From Minisyncoccota bacterium (GTDB lineage Bacteria; Patescibacteriota; Minisyncoccia; Phycocordibacterales; Phycocordibacteraceae), in the NCBI GenBank assembly GCA_036399335.1, contig DASWNF010000009.1, positions 20,625 to 84,624 on the forward strand: 64,000 nucleotides of DNA. The letters are read 5' to 3'. Shown one piece after another: positions 8,410-17,953 of the stretch. Position 1 is the first letter of the stretch. The number at the start of each line of letters is the position of its first letter. Position numbers and translations under genes: made by a program. The notes beneath the pieces are model-generated. The model saw only the letters and a list, made by a program, of their open reading frames with translations. It did no database searches and was not told the DNA's origin.

Positions 8410-9255
8410 ATGAGAGCCCCACGCTTTGAAGCACAGAAAAAGAAAGACGCTACTGCTTTCGAAGGCGGTGTGGGGAAGAGTAACGTGATGCCGCTCGAAG
8501 AGTTTGACGAGATTGCCGCTGAGACTATAGAGGGGGCTGAAAGGGAATTAGAAATGATTGCTCCCTCCCTACAAGACCTAGCACGCCGTATCCAGCGTGA
8601 ACAACCTGATGCCGTGGTATTTCTCGATATGAGTGCCAGAATTTTCGGAAGCCCATATAAGAAATACCTAAGTGAGAGTATGGGTAGTGAGGCGCCTCAG
8701 GTTCATTTTTATAACGATAACGACCTCAAGGCGTACCATTACACCGATCGTACCCAATTCATAAAAGTAGCAAAGGAAGATTTCGCCCCTCAGGAGGGTA
8801 AGAAAATATTTTTTGTGGATGAGACGTTCTCACACGGGAAGGGAGCGGTTGCGTTACTGGAGGCGTCTGCCGCGGCAGGCGTTGATGCTTATTACATTGC
8901 CCTGACTAAAGATCCGGCGCCAGTAGAGGAACTAATGGACGAGGGCCGTGATAGGAACGTTGCGCGGTACCGCTCAGACGGACGGATAACCGTATACGAT
9001 AATCCGTTAAAGGATGTATTTTCGCGTTTCGCTAGTCGTTTATACGTCCAGGACTTCCAAGGTGAGACTCTATCTCCCCATAAGCAAGACAAACCTGCGG
9101 CAGAAAACAATATTCCGGATGCAAACAAGTATTCAAGACCCCCTGCAGGCATGACAATCGAAGAGTACAACAAGGAACTTTCTGTGCGCACGATGCGACT
9201 CGTGGGGCAACTGAAGGACAGGATATACGATACCCTTATGGCAGAGGAGGCTTAA
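8410..9255 (+). CDS. hypothetical protein with a phosphoribosyltransferase-like (PRTase) core
   Basis: VVFLDMSARIFGSPY ... KKIFFVDETFSHGKGAV resembles a PRPP-binding motif. Confidence 0.45.
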   Translation: MRAPRFEAQKKKDATAFEGGVGKSNVMPLEEFDEIAAETIEGAERELEMIAPSLQDLARRIQREQPDAVVFLDMSARIFGSPYKKYLSESMGSEAPQVHFYNDNDLKAYHYTDRTQFIKVAKEDFAPQEGKKIFFVDETFSHGKGAVALLEASAAAGVDAYYIALTKDPAPVEELMDEGRDRNVARYRSDGRITVYDNPLKDVFSRFASRLYVQDFQGETLSPHKQDKPAAENNIPDANKYSRPPAGMTIEEYNKELSVRTMRLVGQLKDRIYDTLMAEEA

Positions 9256-9257
9256 AA

Positions 9258-9656
9258 CTAGCCAGCGTCTTTTTCGAAGTTGAGGCAGATTGAGTTGATG
9301 CAGTAGCGGAGGCCGCCGCGGTCTTTCGGGCCGTCGGTGAAGACGTGGCCTAAGTGGCTCCCACAGTTTTTGCAGTAGGCTTCAGTCCGGCGCATGCCGT
9401 GGCTCTCGTCTTCGCGGGTGCCGACATTCTCGGCAACGGCAGGGTCGGTGAAGGACGGCCAGCCCGAGCCTGAGTCGAACTTCGCCGATGACGAGAAAAG
9501 TACGGTACTGCACGCGTGGCAGCGGTACGTACCGTCCTCGTGGTTGTCGACATACGCACCCGAAAAGGGCGCTTCGGTGCCGCCCTCGCGCAGGACGTGG
9601 TAAGCCTCGGGTGATAGGCGTTCTTTGAGCTCGCGCTCGCGGTCTTCGTCGGTCAT
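9258..9656 (-). CDS. msrB: peptide methionine (R)-sulfoxide reductase MsrB
   Basis: Two CxxC pairs (zinc site) and the RYCINS active-site motif. Confidence 0.92.
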   Translation of the reverse strand: MTDEDRERELKERLSPEAYHVLREGGTEAPFSGAYVDNHEDGTYRCHACSTVLFSSSAKFDSGSGWPSFTDPAVAENVGTREDESHGMRRTEAYCKNCGSHLGHVFTDGPKDRGGLRYCINSICLNFEKDAG

Positions 9657-9719
9657 AGGTACACCATACTCCTTTCGTCCACGGTTGCCAGCCTGTGCCG
9701 GTAGGGTAGGATAGGGGGC

Positions 9720-10166
9720 ATGTCCCGCAGGGTTCTCCTCGTCAGTATTCTTGTGCTCTCATTCCTCGGTCTCGCTGACTCGTGGTATCTCGCACAATCG
9801 GCACTCACCGATACGGCACTCACCTGCGGTATTGAGTCCCTTAACGGCTGCAATACGGTCGCGCAAAGCGAGTACTCGAACCTCTTCGGCGTACCGCTCG
9901 CGCTTTATGGCGTAGCCTTCTACGCCATTATCTTTATTGCCGCTGCCTTCCTACTCACGAATACCCGCGCTTGGCTTGTGCGCCTCCTGTTCCTTGCAAC
10001 CGTCGTTGGCTTCCTCGCCTCGCTTTATTTCCTGTATCTCCAGGTATTCCTGATCAAAGCGTTGTGCATCTACTGCCTCGCCTCGTTTGTGTTTTCCGTC
10101 CTTCTTTTCCTTGCTGCCTGGCGGTTCAAAGCCCGCGAAACCTTAACCTCATCCGTGGTACCATAA
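9720..10166 (+). CDS. vitamin K epoxide reductase (VKOR) family protein
   Basis: Loop Cys pair (TCGIESLNGC) and a TM CxxC (CIYC). Confidence 0.8.
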   Translation: MSRRVLLVSILVLSFLGLADSWYLAQSALTDTALTCGIESLNGCNTVAQSEYSNLFGVPLALYGVAFYAIIFIAAAFLLTNTRAWLVRLLFLATVVGFLASLYFLYLQVFLIKALCIYCLASFVFSVLLFLAAWRFKARETLTSSVVP

Positions 10167-10173
10167 CCGCATC

Positions 10174-11334
10174 ATGACGAGGCGACTCCTGATAGCGCTT
10201 CTTGGGCTCCTACTTCCGCTCTCGGGCCAGGCGGCAACCTTTGCCGGTAATGACACCGGCCTCACCCTCTCGGAATCCGTTCCCGATAATGCCTACCTCG
10301 GGGGTTCGAGCGTTACCGTTACCGCCGACCTTCCGGCAGACCTCACCGCAGCAGCCGGTACGGTCGGCGTGTATGCGCCAATTGCAGGAGACGTCCTTAC
10401 CGCTGCAGGCACGCTCATCATCGAACGGCCAATCGCGGGAGATGTCCGTGCAGCCGTAGGTAGCCTGCACCTCTCCGGGGATGTAGGAGGCGACGTCGCC
10501 GTCATTGCAGGTACGGCCGTCGTTACGGGAAAGGCGCGGGAGATTTATATAATCGGGAGCCACATCGAGGTGACGGGAGGCGCATCCGGTCCCGTTACCA
10601 TTTACGGGGCAGACGTCACGCTTGCGGGAGACTTTGCCGGTGACATAGAAGTCATCGCGTCGGACCGGTTCGTCATTAAGGAGGGTACGCATGTTGCCGG
10701 AACCCTCCGGTACAACGCGCCCGAAGCCGTACAGGTGCCCCCGTCCGCAGTCGTCGACGGGGGAGTCACGTATACGGGCTCATATGCCTACGTTCCCACC
10801 AAGGAAGAGGCCCGTAAGTTTGCGCTTGCCGGTGCCGGCGTCTTCCTTATCGTCCGCGCTACTGCCGGCATGATTGTCGCCGGGCTCCTGGTCGGCCTTT
10901 TCCCGGGGATTGCCGGCCGCATTACCGGCCTAGCGCTCCGGAGCGGTGGGAAGCGTGCAGGCCTATTCGGGCTCCTCGGCTTTGCGCTCTTCCTCGCGAC
11001 GCCGGTACTTACGCTTTTGCTCCTCCTTTCATTCGTCGGCGCGGGAGTCGCCTTTATACTGGGCATCCTGTATCTCCTCCTCCTTATGCTTTCCTACGCC
11101 TACGCAGGCGTCATTGCCGGGGCGGCGCTCCGTAAGCACGCCTTCTCGCGGCTTACCGACGATCATGAAGTTACCTGGCGGGATGCCGTGCTCGGCGTCC
11201 TTGTGCTGAATGTCATAAGTATCGTGCCGGGGATCGGTTCGCTGGTGAAATTCCTTCTTGCCGCCGTTGCCGCAGGCATCATTGTCACGCTCGCGTACCG
11301 GTATGCATTTCGTGCCGGCGATACGCCCGTCTAG
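10174..11334 (+). CDS. hypothetical membrane protein: signal peptide, repetitive AGDV/GDV ectodomain (bactofilin/polymer-forming-like), C-terminal TM helices
   Basis: Repeated IAGDV.AA.G units, then 4-5 hydrophobic helices. Confidence 0.55.
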   Translation: MTRRLLIALLGLLLPLSGQAATFAGNDTGLTLSESVPDNAYLGGSSVTVTADLPADLTAAAGTVGVYAPIAGDVLTAAGTLIIERPIAGDVRAAVGSLHLSGDVGGDVAVIAGTAVVTGKAREIYIIGSHIEVTGGASGPVTIYGADVTLAGDFAGDIEVIASDRFVIKEGTHVAGTLRYNAPEAVQVPPSAVVDGGVTYTGSYAYVPTKEEARKFALAGAGVFLIVRATAGMIVAGLLVGLFPGIAGRITGLALRSGGKRAGLFGLLGFALFLATPVLTLLLLLSFVGAGVAFILGILYLLLLMLSYAYAGVIAGAALRKHAFSRLTDDHEVTWRDAVLGVLVLNVISIVPGIGSLVKFLLAAVAAGIIVTLAYRYAFRAGDTPV

Positions 11335-11336
11335 CC

Positions 11337-11999
11337 ATGGCAACCTTTGAAGAGCGTAAGGAGCGGGCGGCCGCGCTAGTCGCCTACCTTAAGGAAGCGT
11401 ACCCGGAGCCGAAGACGGAGCTCCGTTACGAGACGCCGTTCCAGATGGTCACGGCCGTCATACTTTCGGCGCAATGCACGGATAAGAAGGTGAACGAAGT
11501 GACGGATGTCATCTATAAGAAATACCGCACCATTGATGACTTTGCGGATGCCGACCCCACCATCTTTACGAAGGAGATTTGCTCAATACCGTTTTATAAC
11601 AACAAGGCGAAGTCCATCTTAGGTGCGGCAAAGATGCTGCGCGATGACTTTGGCGGGGAAGTGCCGAAGACCGAGAAGGAGCTCGTGCTGCTCCCGGGGG
11701 TCGCCTATAAGACCGCGCACGTCGTCCTTGGCGAACTCTATGACCTGTGGGAAGGCATCCCGACCGATACCCATGTCCGGCGGTTCGCGCTCCGCTTCGA
11801 TCTCACGGATAATACGGACCTTACGAAGATATCAAAGGATCTTGAGGCTTTGGTGCCGAAGGAAGACTGGCGGTATGTGAACAACGGCCTCGTACTCTAT
11901 GGCCGGTACGTGTGCCCGGCGCGTCCGCATGAATGCGCGGACCACCCGCTTACCCTCCTCTGGCCGCCTGCGGGACACGTTTGGCCAAAGGCTAAATAA
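11337..11999 (+). CDS. nth: endonuclease III-like HhH-GPD DNA glycosylase (only 2 of the 4 usual Fe-S Cys visible)
   Basis: LPGVAYKTAHVVL helix-hairpin-helix motif, catalytic Lys/Asp region, CPARPHEC. Confidence 0.8.
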   Translation: MATFEERKERAAALVAYLKEAYPEPKTELRYETPFQMVTAVILSAQCTDKKVNEVTDVIYKKYRTIDDFADADPTIFTKEICSIPFYNNKAKSILGAAKMLRDDFGGEVPKTEKELVLLPGVAYKTAHVVLGELYDLWEGIPTDTHVRRFALRFDLTDNTDLTKISKDLEALVPKEDWRYVNNGLVLYGRYVCPARPHECADHPLTLLWPPAGHVWPKAK

Positions 12000-12228
12000 T
12001 TGACACTCCTGCGGCCGGGACTATGCTCGATACCAGTCATGGTCCTTTGCGGGCGGACGCACATGCTCTCGCGAGCGGAAGTAACCATTAGCCCAAGGAG
12101 TGGACGGCCCCCTACGTGCCGCATACCGTTCCAAAGGCTTGAATGCCATGCTTCTACTGAGTTGACGCGTAAGCCTCGGCCCGAAAGCCCCACGATCAAG
12201 CGCCCTCCGACCTCCGGAGGGCGCTTTT
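12000..12228 (+). ncRNA. candidate small RNA or structured leader of unknown family
   Basis: -35/-10-like TTGACA-N17-TATGCT at 12000-12029. A GC hairpin plus TTTT terminator sits at 12200-12228. No convincing ORF. Confidence 0.3.
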
Positions 12229-12232
12229 CCAT

Positions 12233-12938
12233 GTATCATAAAGGTATGGAATCAAAGCGTCCGGTAGCTGTGTTCGATATCGATGGGACGGTCTTCCGTT
12301 CGTCGCTCCTTGTCGAGCTCGTTGACCGCCTCATCCTCCGCGGAATATTCCCGGAAAGCGCACATACGTATTACGAGAAGGCTAAGGAGGAGTGGATTAA
12401 CCGGCAGGGCGAGTTCGAGCCGTACATCAAGAAAGTCGTCACGTCCTTCGCGAAGTACTTAAAGGGCTCCCCGTATGGCGACGTCGCTGACGTTGCCGGC
12501 GAGGTCATCGAAGAGATGCGGCACCGCACGTACCGCTACACGCGCGACCTCATCCAGGAGCTCAAGGCGAAGGACTACTTCCTCCTTGCGGTGTCGCACT
12601 CGCCGAAGTTCATTGTCGATGGCTTTGCGTACGAACTCGGCTTCGATAAGTCATACGGCACGTTCTACGATACGGGCGCGAGTAACCGGTTTACGGGAGA
12701 AATAGTCGACGAGCATCTCATCATGAACAAGGCGTCTATCCTGAGGCGTGCCGTAGAGAAGGAAAGCCTTACGCTCACGGGCTCGGTCGGGGTGGGGGAT
12801 ACGGAAAGCGACGTATCCATGCTCCAGCTTGTTGAGGACCCGATCGCCTTCAACCCGAACCGCGGGCTCTATCGCCATGCGCAGAAGCACCTGTGGCGCA
12901 TTGTCGTCGAGCGGAAGGACGTCATTTATGAAATATAA
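12233..12938 (+). CDS. HAD-superfamily hydrolase (HAD-IB / phosphoserine-phosphatase-like)
   Basis: DIDGT motif I (VAVFDIDGTVF), conserved Ser/Thr motif II, and VGDTESD motif IV. Confidence 0.8.
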
Positions 12939-12963
12939 GGGGTGATTTGGTACAATAGGACCT

Positions 12964-13203
12964 ATGCATAAGAAACTCTACCGCTCACGCGAACACCGCA
13001 TGGTATCGGGCGTTCTGGGCGGCCTCGGTGAATACTTCAAGATTGACCCGGTAATCATCCGTATCGTGGTCGTCCTGGTTACGGTCACGACCGGACTGGT
13101 TCCCGGCATCATCGCGTATGTCGTTGCCGTTTTCATGATTCCCGAGGCCGCGCCTGTAACGCCTTCGGCACCGATCACTGAGGATGACTCCCCGGCGATT
13201 TAG
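12964..13203 (+). CDS. PspC-domain protein
   Basis: LYRSREHRMVSGVLGGLGEYFKIDPVIIRI followed by a TM helix, the typical PspC domain. Confidence 0.8.
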   Translation: MHKKLYRSREHRMVSGVLGGLGEYFKIDPVIIRIVVVLVTVTTGLVPGIIAYVVAVFMIPEAAPVTPSAPITEDDSPAI

Positions 13204-14017
13204 GGACATCGTATTCGACCATGCGGCACGCCACGGCAGGGACCACCTGCCGTGGCGTTCGCGTACGGCCTCACCGTACGCCGTACTCGTATCCGAAATC
13301 ATGCTCCAGCAAACGCAGGTTGACCGCGTTATCCCGTTTTACCGCGCGTTCCTCAGGCGTTTCCCCAGCGTTCGCGCGCTTGCACGCGCCCCGCTTGCAG
13401 ACGTGCTTTCCGCATGGCAAGGCCTTGGCTACAACCGGCGTGCGAAGATGCTCCACGAGGCAGCACAGGCAGTCGTCGGGAAGTACGGCGGGCGGCTCCC
13501 CAAAGAGGTTTCTGAACTCGAGAAGCTCCCCGGGATAGGGCCGTATACGGCGCGCGCCGTCGCTGCCTTCGCACACAACAAAGACGTCGTTTTCGTTGAG
13601 ACGAACTTGCGCACGGCCGTGCTACATCACTTCTTCCCGGGCGACGCGCTGGTGAAGGACGCCCAAATAGTTTCCATACTTGAAAAGGCGCTTCCAGCCG
13701 GACGTGCACGCGATTGGTATGCCGCCCTCATGGACTACGGCGCCCACCTGAAGCGGCACGGCGTCCGCCTAAACCACCGCTCAGCAGGGTACGTGAAGCA
13801 GCCAGTATTTAAGGGCTCGAAGCGCGAAGCGCGCGGTGCCGTGCTAAAGGCGCTTACCCAGGGAGCCAAAAGTGCGCACTTCCTTGAGCGGTTACTCGGA
13901 ACGGAACGGAAGGAACAAGTGCGTGAGGCTATCGCTACGCTCGTGCGCGACGGCATGCTCCAAAAAGAAGGCAGGTCGTACGTACTTCCGGGGGCAGACC
14001 GCAAAACTACCCGATAA
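13184..14017 (+). CDS. HhH-GPD DNA glycosylase, MutY/A-G-specific adenine glycosylase-like (no Fe-S Cys cluster or NUDIX domain visible)
   Basis: IMLQQTQVDRVIPFYRAFLRRFP ... LPGIGPYTARAV motifs as in MutY N-terminal domains. Confidence 0.7.
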   Translation: MTPRRFRDIVFDHAARHGRDHLPWRSRTASPYAVLVSEIMLQQTQVDRVIPFYRAFLRRFPSVRALARAPLADVLSAWQGLGYNRRAKMLHEAAQAVVGKYGGRLPKEVSELEKLPGIGPYTARAVAAFAHNKDVVFVETNLRTAVLHHFFPGDALVKDAQIVSILEKALPAGRARDWYAALMDYGAHLKRHGVRLNHRSAGYVKQPVFKGSKREARGAVLKALTQGAKSAHFLERLLGTERKEQVREAIATLVRDGMLQKEGRSYVLPGADRKTTR

Positions 14018-14084
14018 CCCGAAGCGAACAGCCAGTGAGAGGTGCAGCTGGGGGAAGAAGCCGATGCTTCGCGATGCCTATACG

Positions 14085-14115
14085 AAAAAACCTCCGCGTA
14101 ATGCGGAGGTTTTTT
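14085..14115. terminator. bidirectional rho-independent terminator (A6-hairpin-T6)
   Basis: aaaaaa-cctccgc-gtaat-gcggagg-tttttt. Confidence 0.7.
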
Positions 14116-14130
14116 CGGTCGCGGGTGTCC

Positions 14131-16086
14131 CTACACGCCAATGAGCACGGGGATGACCATCGGTGCCTTATTCGTACGGCTGAAGAGGTAGCCTGCCATG
14201 ACGTCGGCGAGGTTGTTCTTCACGTAGTCGAGGTCGACGGGGTTCATGCCACGGGTTGAATCTTCGACGGTCTTCTTAATGAGAAGCCGCGCCTGGTTCA
14301 GGAGATCCTGTGATTCACGCAGGTAGATGAAGCCGCGCGAAATGATATCCGGTGACTTGCGGAGCTTGCCGGTCTTCAGGTTCACGGTCGCGATGATGAC
14401 GAACATGCCGTCCTTTGAGAGCATCTGGCGGTCGCGGATGACGACCTCCTGCATGTCGCCGATGGCGAAGCCGTCAACGACGAGCGGGGTCGAAGGCACT
14501 TTCTCCTTGTGCACCTCCATGCGGTCGCCGTCGATGATGTCGATGACGCTGCCGTTATCGGCGACGACAATCGATTCCTTTGGGCGTCCGGCCTGCTCCA
14601 CCGCCTTGGCGTGCGACTTGGTCATGGAGTAGTAGCCGTAGGCGGGCATGAAGAACTTGGCGTTTACCTGCTGGTTGATCCAGATGAGCTCGCCCGTGTT
14701 GCCGTGGCCGGTCGAGTGCACATCCGACGAACGGTAGTGGATGAGCGCTGCGCCGGTGCGGAAGAGGTTGTCCTTCAGGCGCTGCACGGAGATCTCGTTA
14801 CCCGGGATGACGGAGGACGAGAGCACGATCGTGTCGCGCTCGGTGAGGGCGATGGACTTGTGCTGCTTCGTCGCGATGCGCATGAGTGCGGCGAATTCTT
14901 CGCCCTGCGCGCCCGTAGCGAGGATGACGACGCGGTCGGGAGGGTAGTCGGCGATCTCCTGCGCTGCGATGATCGTGTCCTTCTTGAGGGTAAGGAGGCC
15001 GGTCTTCTGCGCAATTTCAAGGTTCGTCTTGATCGAACGGCCTTCGGTGACGATTTTCTTGCCCATGCGCTCAGCCGTCATGATGATATGGATCATGCGG
15101 TCGAACTGCGAGGCGAAGGTACCGATGATGAGGCGGCCTTTCACTGTGCGGATGATCTCTTCGAGGGTATCGTGCACGCGGCGCTCGGGGATAGAGAAGC
15201 CGTCGCGCTCGGCGTTCGTCGAGTCAGCGATAAAGAAAAGGTTCTTCTCGGCGCCAAGGGAGCCCCACTTCTTCTGTTCGGCCTCGGTCGGGATGCCGTT
15301 CTCGTGGTCGAGCTTCAAGTCACCGGTGGCGATGACGTTTCCGTACGGGGTGCCGATGGCGATACCCATGGAATCGGGGATCGAGTGGGTTACGGGGAAG
15401 AACCTCACCTTCGAGTTGCCGATGGTGTGGGTCGAGCCCGGTTCGACGACGATAAGGTTCGGGGCCGGCAGGTCAGGGTATTCCTCCTGGCGCTTCGCGA
15501 TCATGACGGCAGAAAGGTTCTGCGTGTAAATCGGCGGGTTGCCGAAACGGTTCATGAGGAAGGGGATGCCGCCGATGTGGTCCAAGTGGCCGTGGGTAAT
15601 AAAGACGGCACGGACGCGGTCGGCATTATGCTCGAGGTACGCGGTATTGGGGAGTACGTAGTCGACGCCGGGATTGGTGTCCTCGGACGTGAACTGGAAG
15701 CCGACATCGAAGACGAAGATATCGTTCTGGGTCTCGACGGCGATCATGTTGCGGCCGACCTCCTCGACGCCGCCGAGGGGGACGATGCGCACGACGTTCT
15801 CAGGCGCAGGAGGCGGGAAGTAGTCGGCGCCGCGCGGTTTCGTGGTTGTCGGTGCGGGACGGCGCATCATGCGACGCGTGTCGCGACCGCCGCGGTTGCC
15901 GCCGCGGTTGCCTCCCCTCCGGGGGCCGTTGTCACGGCTGCGTCCGCCGCCGCCGCTATTTGCGGGGCCACGCCGCGGTGGGCGCGCGGGACCTCCTGCC
16001 GCCGGACCTAGCGGTCGGGTAGCGGGACTGGGTGTTGCCGGTCCCCGGGACTGTGGGGCAGGGGCCGGTGCTGGTGCTGAACTCAT
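14131..16086 (-). CDS. rnj: ribonuclease J (metallo-beta-lactamase/beta-CASP) with a ~95-aa Pro/Gly/Arg-rich N-terminal extension
   Basis: HGHLDHIGG motif, beta-CASP region, C-terminal domain. The N-terminus is RGG/PAPAPAP low-complexity sequence. Confidence 0.9.
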   Translation of the reverse strand: MSSAPAPAPAPQSRGPATPSPATRPLGPAAGGPARPPRRGPANSGGGGRSRDNGPRRGGNRGGNRGGRDTRRMMRRPAPTTTKPRGADYFPPPAPENVVRIVPLGGVEEVGRNMIAVETQNDIFVFDVGFQFTSEDTNPGVDYVLPNTAYLEHNADRVRAVFITHGHLDHIGGIPFLMNRFGNPPIYTQNLSAVMIAKRQEEYPDLPAPNLIVVEPGSTHTIGNSKVRFFPVTHSIPDSMGIAIGTPYGNVIATGDLKLDHENGIPTEAEQKKWGSLGAEKNLFFIADSTNAERDGFSIPERRVHDTLEEIIRTVKGRLIIGTFASQFDRMIHIIMTAERMGKKIVTEGRSIKTNLEIAQKTGLLTLKKDTIIAAQEIADYPPDRVVILATGAQGEEFAALMRIATKQHKSIALTERDTIVLSSSVIPGNEISVQRLKDNLFRTGAALIHYRSSDVHSTGHGNTGELIWINQQVNAKFFMPAYGYYSMTKSHAKAVEQAGRPKESIVVADNGSVIDIIDGDRMEVHKEKVPSTPLVVDGFAIGDMQEVVIRDRQMLSKDGMFVIIATVNLKTGKLRKSPDIISRGFIYLRESQDLLNQARLLIKKTVEDSTRGMNPVDLDYVKNNLADVMAGYLFSRTNKAPMVIPVLIGV

Positions 16087-16176
16087 AGGATGATTAGTTA
16101 TTACTAGAGGTTGCTTTGGTACGTACTGTACCGTGGTGAGTGCGCAAAGGATTGTGGACTCATCACGAAACGGTCG

Positions 16177-17916
16177 TTAGGTGTTGAAGAAGGGCCAGAT
16201 GAGCTCGGTCCGCCGATACCAGTAGCGTGCGCTCTGGAAGCGGTCCGAAGGTGAGGATACGCGGGTAAGGGCGAGTCCCTGCAGGTCGCCCGGGACGGAA
16301 TACAGGAAGTCGGGCGTGTGCGTGAAGGCGGCGGGGTAGTCTGCGGCGATGAGCTCGTTTGCGCGCGCGAGGTCGGCGAGCGCGCGGCCGCGGTCCGTTT
16401 CGGTGCGCGCCCGCTCAAGGAGCTGGTCCACCTCGGTATTCGCGTACCCTGCGATATTGAGTCCCGGGTCGTTCCGCTCGCCCGAATACCAAAAGGCGTA
16501 GAGGTCGGGATAGGTGCCAATGACCTCGCCGAAGAGAAGCGCCCCGAAGGCGCGCGGCCGGATGACGGCTTGCGTGAGCTCGCCCGGCTGGTGGAGCTCA
16601 ATCGTTACCGGTACGCCGATAGCGTTCCATTCGGCCTGGATCTTCGATGCGAGCGCCTTCAGTTCCGGCACGTTCGAGGTCTTGAGGGTGATGGCAAGCA
16701 CCTGCCCGTTCTTGCTCCACGACTGGCCCTCCTCGCTCCATGTCCAATCGCCCTCGTGCAGGATGTTGCGCGCGTCTTCAATGCGCGTGGCGGTGTTCGG
16801 GAGCGGAAGTTCCGGCACGCCGGAGCCTGCCGGTACCGGGCCGATAGCGGGCGTCGCATACCCGCCAAGGACATCGCGCACGAGCGCCTCGCGGTCTATC
16901 GCTAGGGAAAGCGCGCGCCGCGCCGCGCCGTCGGCATACACGGGGCCTGCCTCAGGGTTGAAGAATACGCCGAAGACGCGCGAGTACGGCACCCGAAGCG
17001 CACCTTCACGCGCAACACCGTATCCGCTTTCCGCCTGTCCCTTCCTAAGTCCGGAAAGCAGGGAAGCGTAGTCGGGATAGACGGTAAAGCGGATACGGTC
17101 GAGGTACGGGCGGCCTAGGGCGTACTTCTCGTTCGCGACGACGTCGTAGCGCACGATGCGGCCGGCGCTATCCCGGGCAACACTTCCGACCTTGAAGGGT
17201 CCTGCACCGATGGGCTCGCTCGCGTACGGGGAGAACGGGAATTCCTCCGTACGGATGTTGCTCCAGAGGTGCGCGGGGAGGATGCCCAGGGTAGCGTCCA
17301 CCAGGAACGGCGCGTAGGCACGCGGCAAGGTGAAGCGGACAGTGCGCGGCCCTTCGGCCGCGACCTCGATGTTCGCCCAGTTCGAGAGCACGGGACTCTT
17401 AAGCGCTGGGTCCTTTGCCTTCTCTACGGTGAAGACGACATCCTCGGCAGTCACGGGCGTGCCGTCCGAGAACACGGCGTCCTCACGGATGAGGAAGGTG
17501 TACGTCCGCCCATCCTCCGAACGCGTAAAGCTCTCGGCAATGACGGGTACGATGTCGCCGCCCTCGCCGTATCCCATAAGCCCCGCATACGTAAGGGCCG
17601 TGAGGTCCCGGTCAGAATCTGAAAGCGCGAGCAGGGGATGTACGAAGCGCGGTGCGCCCACCACCCCTTCGGCAAGGCTCCCGCCGACGGCAGGCACTTC
17701 TATAAGGAAGAAGCGCTCGAGCCCGATAAGGCTCACGACGCTCGTGACGGCGACGACGAAGCCGAGCACCCAGGCGATAAAACGGTCACCGGGCGGCAAA
17801 TCGCTTACGTATGCCGAAAGCCGCGCGACGGGACCGCGCCCACGGCGTACGATGTCCGTGATATTACCCGATATATTCCGAGAAACTCGTCCCGGTATGT
17901 CGATGTAGGGTGCCAT
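16177..17916 (-). CDS. ABC transporter substrate-binding protein, family 5 (peptide/nickel type), with an N-terminal TM anchor
   Basis: Family-5 SBP similarity across the protein. The start was taken at the internal Met (MAPYIDIPGR); the ORF is open to 18003. Confidence 0.75.
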   Translation of the reverse strand: MAPYIDIPGRVSRNISGNITDIVRRGRGPVARLSAYVSDLPPGDRFIAWVLGFVVAVTSVVSLIGLERFFLIEVPAVGGSLAEGVVGAPRFVHPLLALSDSDRDLTALTYAGLMGYGEGGDIVPVIAESFTRSEDGRTYTFLIREDAVFSDGTPVTAEDVVFTVEKAKDPALKSPVLSNWANIEVAAEGPRTVRFTLPRAYAPFLVDATLGILPAHLWSNIRTEEFPFSPYASEPIGAGPFKVGSVARDSAGRIVRYDVVANEKYALGRPYLDRIRFTVYPDYASLLSGLRKGQAESGYGVAREGALRVPYSRVFGVFFNPEAGPVYADGAARRALSLAIDREALVRDVLGGYATPAIGPVPAGSGVPELPLPNTATRIEDARNILHEGDWTWSEEGQSWSKNGQVLAITLKTSNVPELKALASKIQAEWNAIGVPVTIELHQPGELTQAVIRPRAFGALLFGEVIGTYPDLYAFWYSGERNDPGLNIAGYANTEVDQLLERARTETDRGRALADLARANELIAADYPAAFTHTPDFLYSVPGDLQGLALTRVSSPSDRFQSARYWYRRTELIWPFFNT

Positions 17917-17953
17917 GCAAGCGACAGATGGGCCGGCACGGCAACGAACCCCC

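Noticed and set aside
12000-12938. Long form of the HAD hydrolase ORF starting at TTG 12000
   Set aside because: The extension covers a promoter-like element and a strong terminator hairpin. A start at 12233 is far more plausible.
14509-16011. 500-aa plus-strand ORF
   Set aside because: It lies antisense to RNase J. The composition is Asp/Gly/Arg/Val-rich, typical of a GC-rich antisense frame, with no recognisable motifs.
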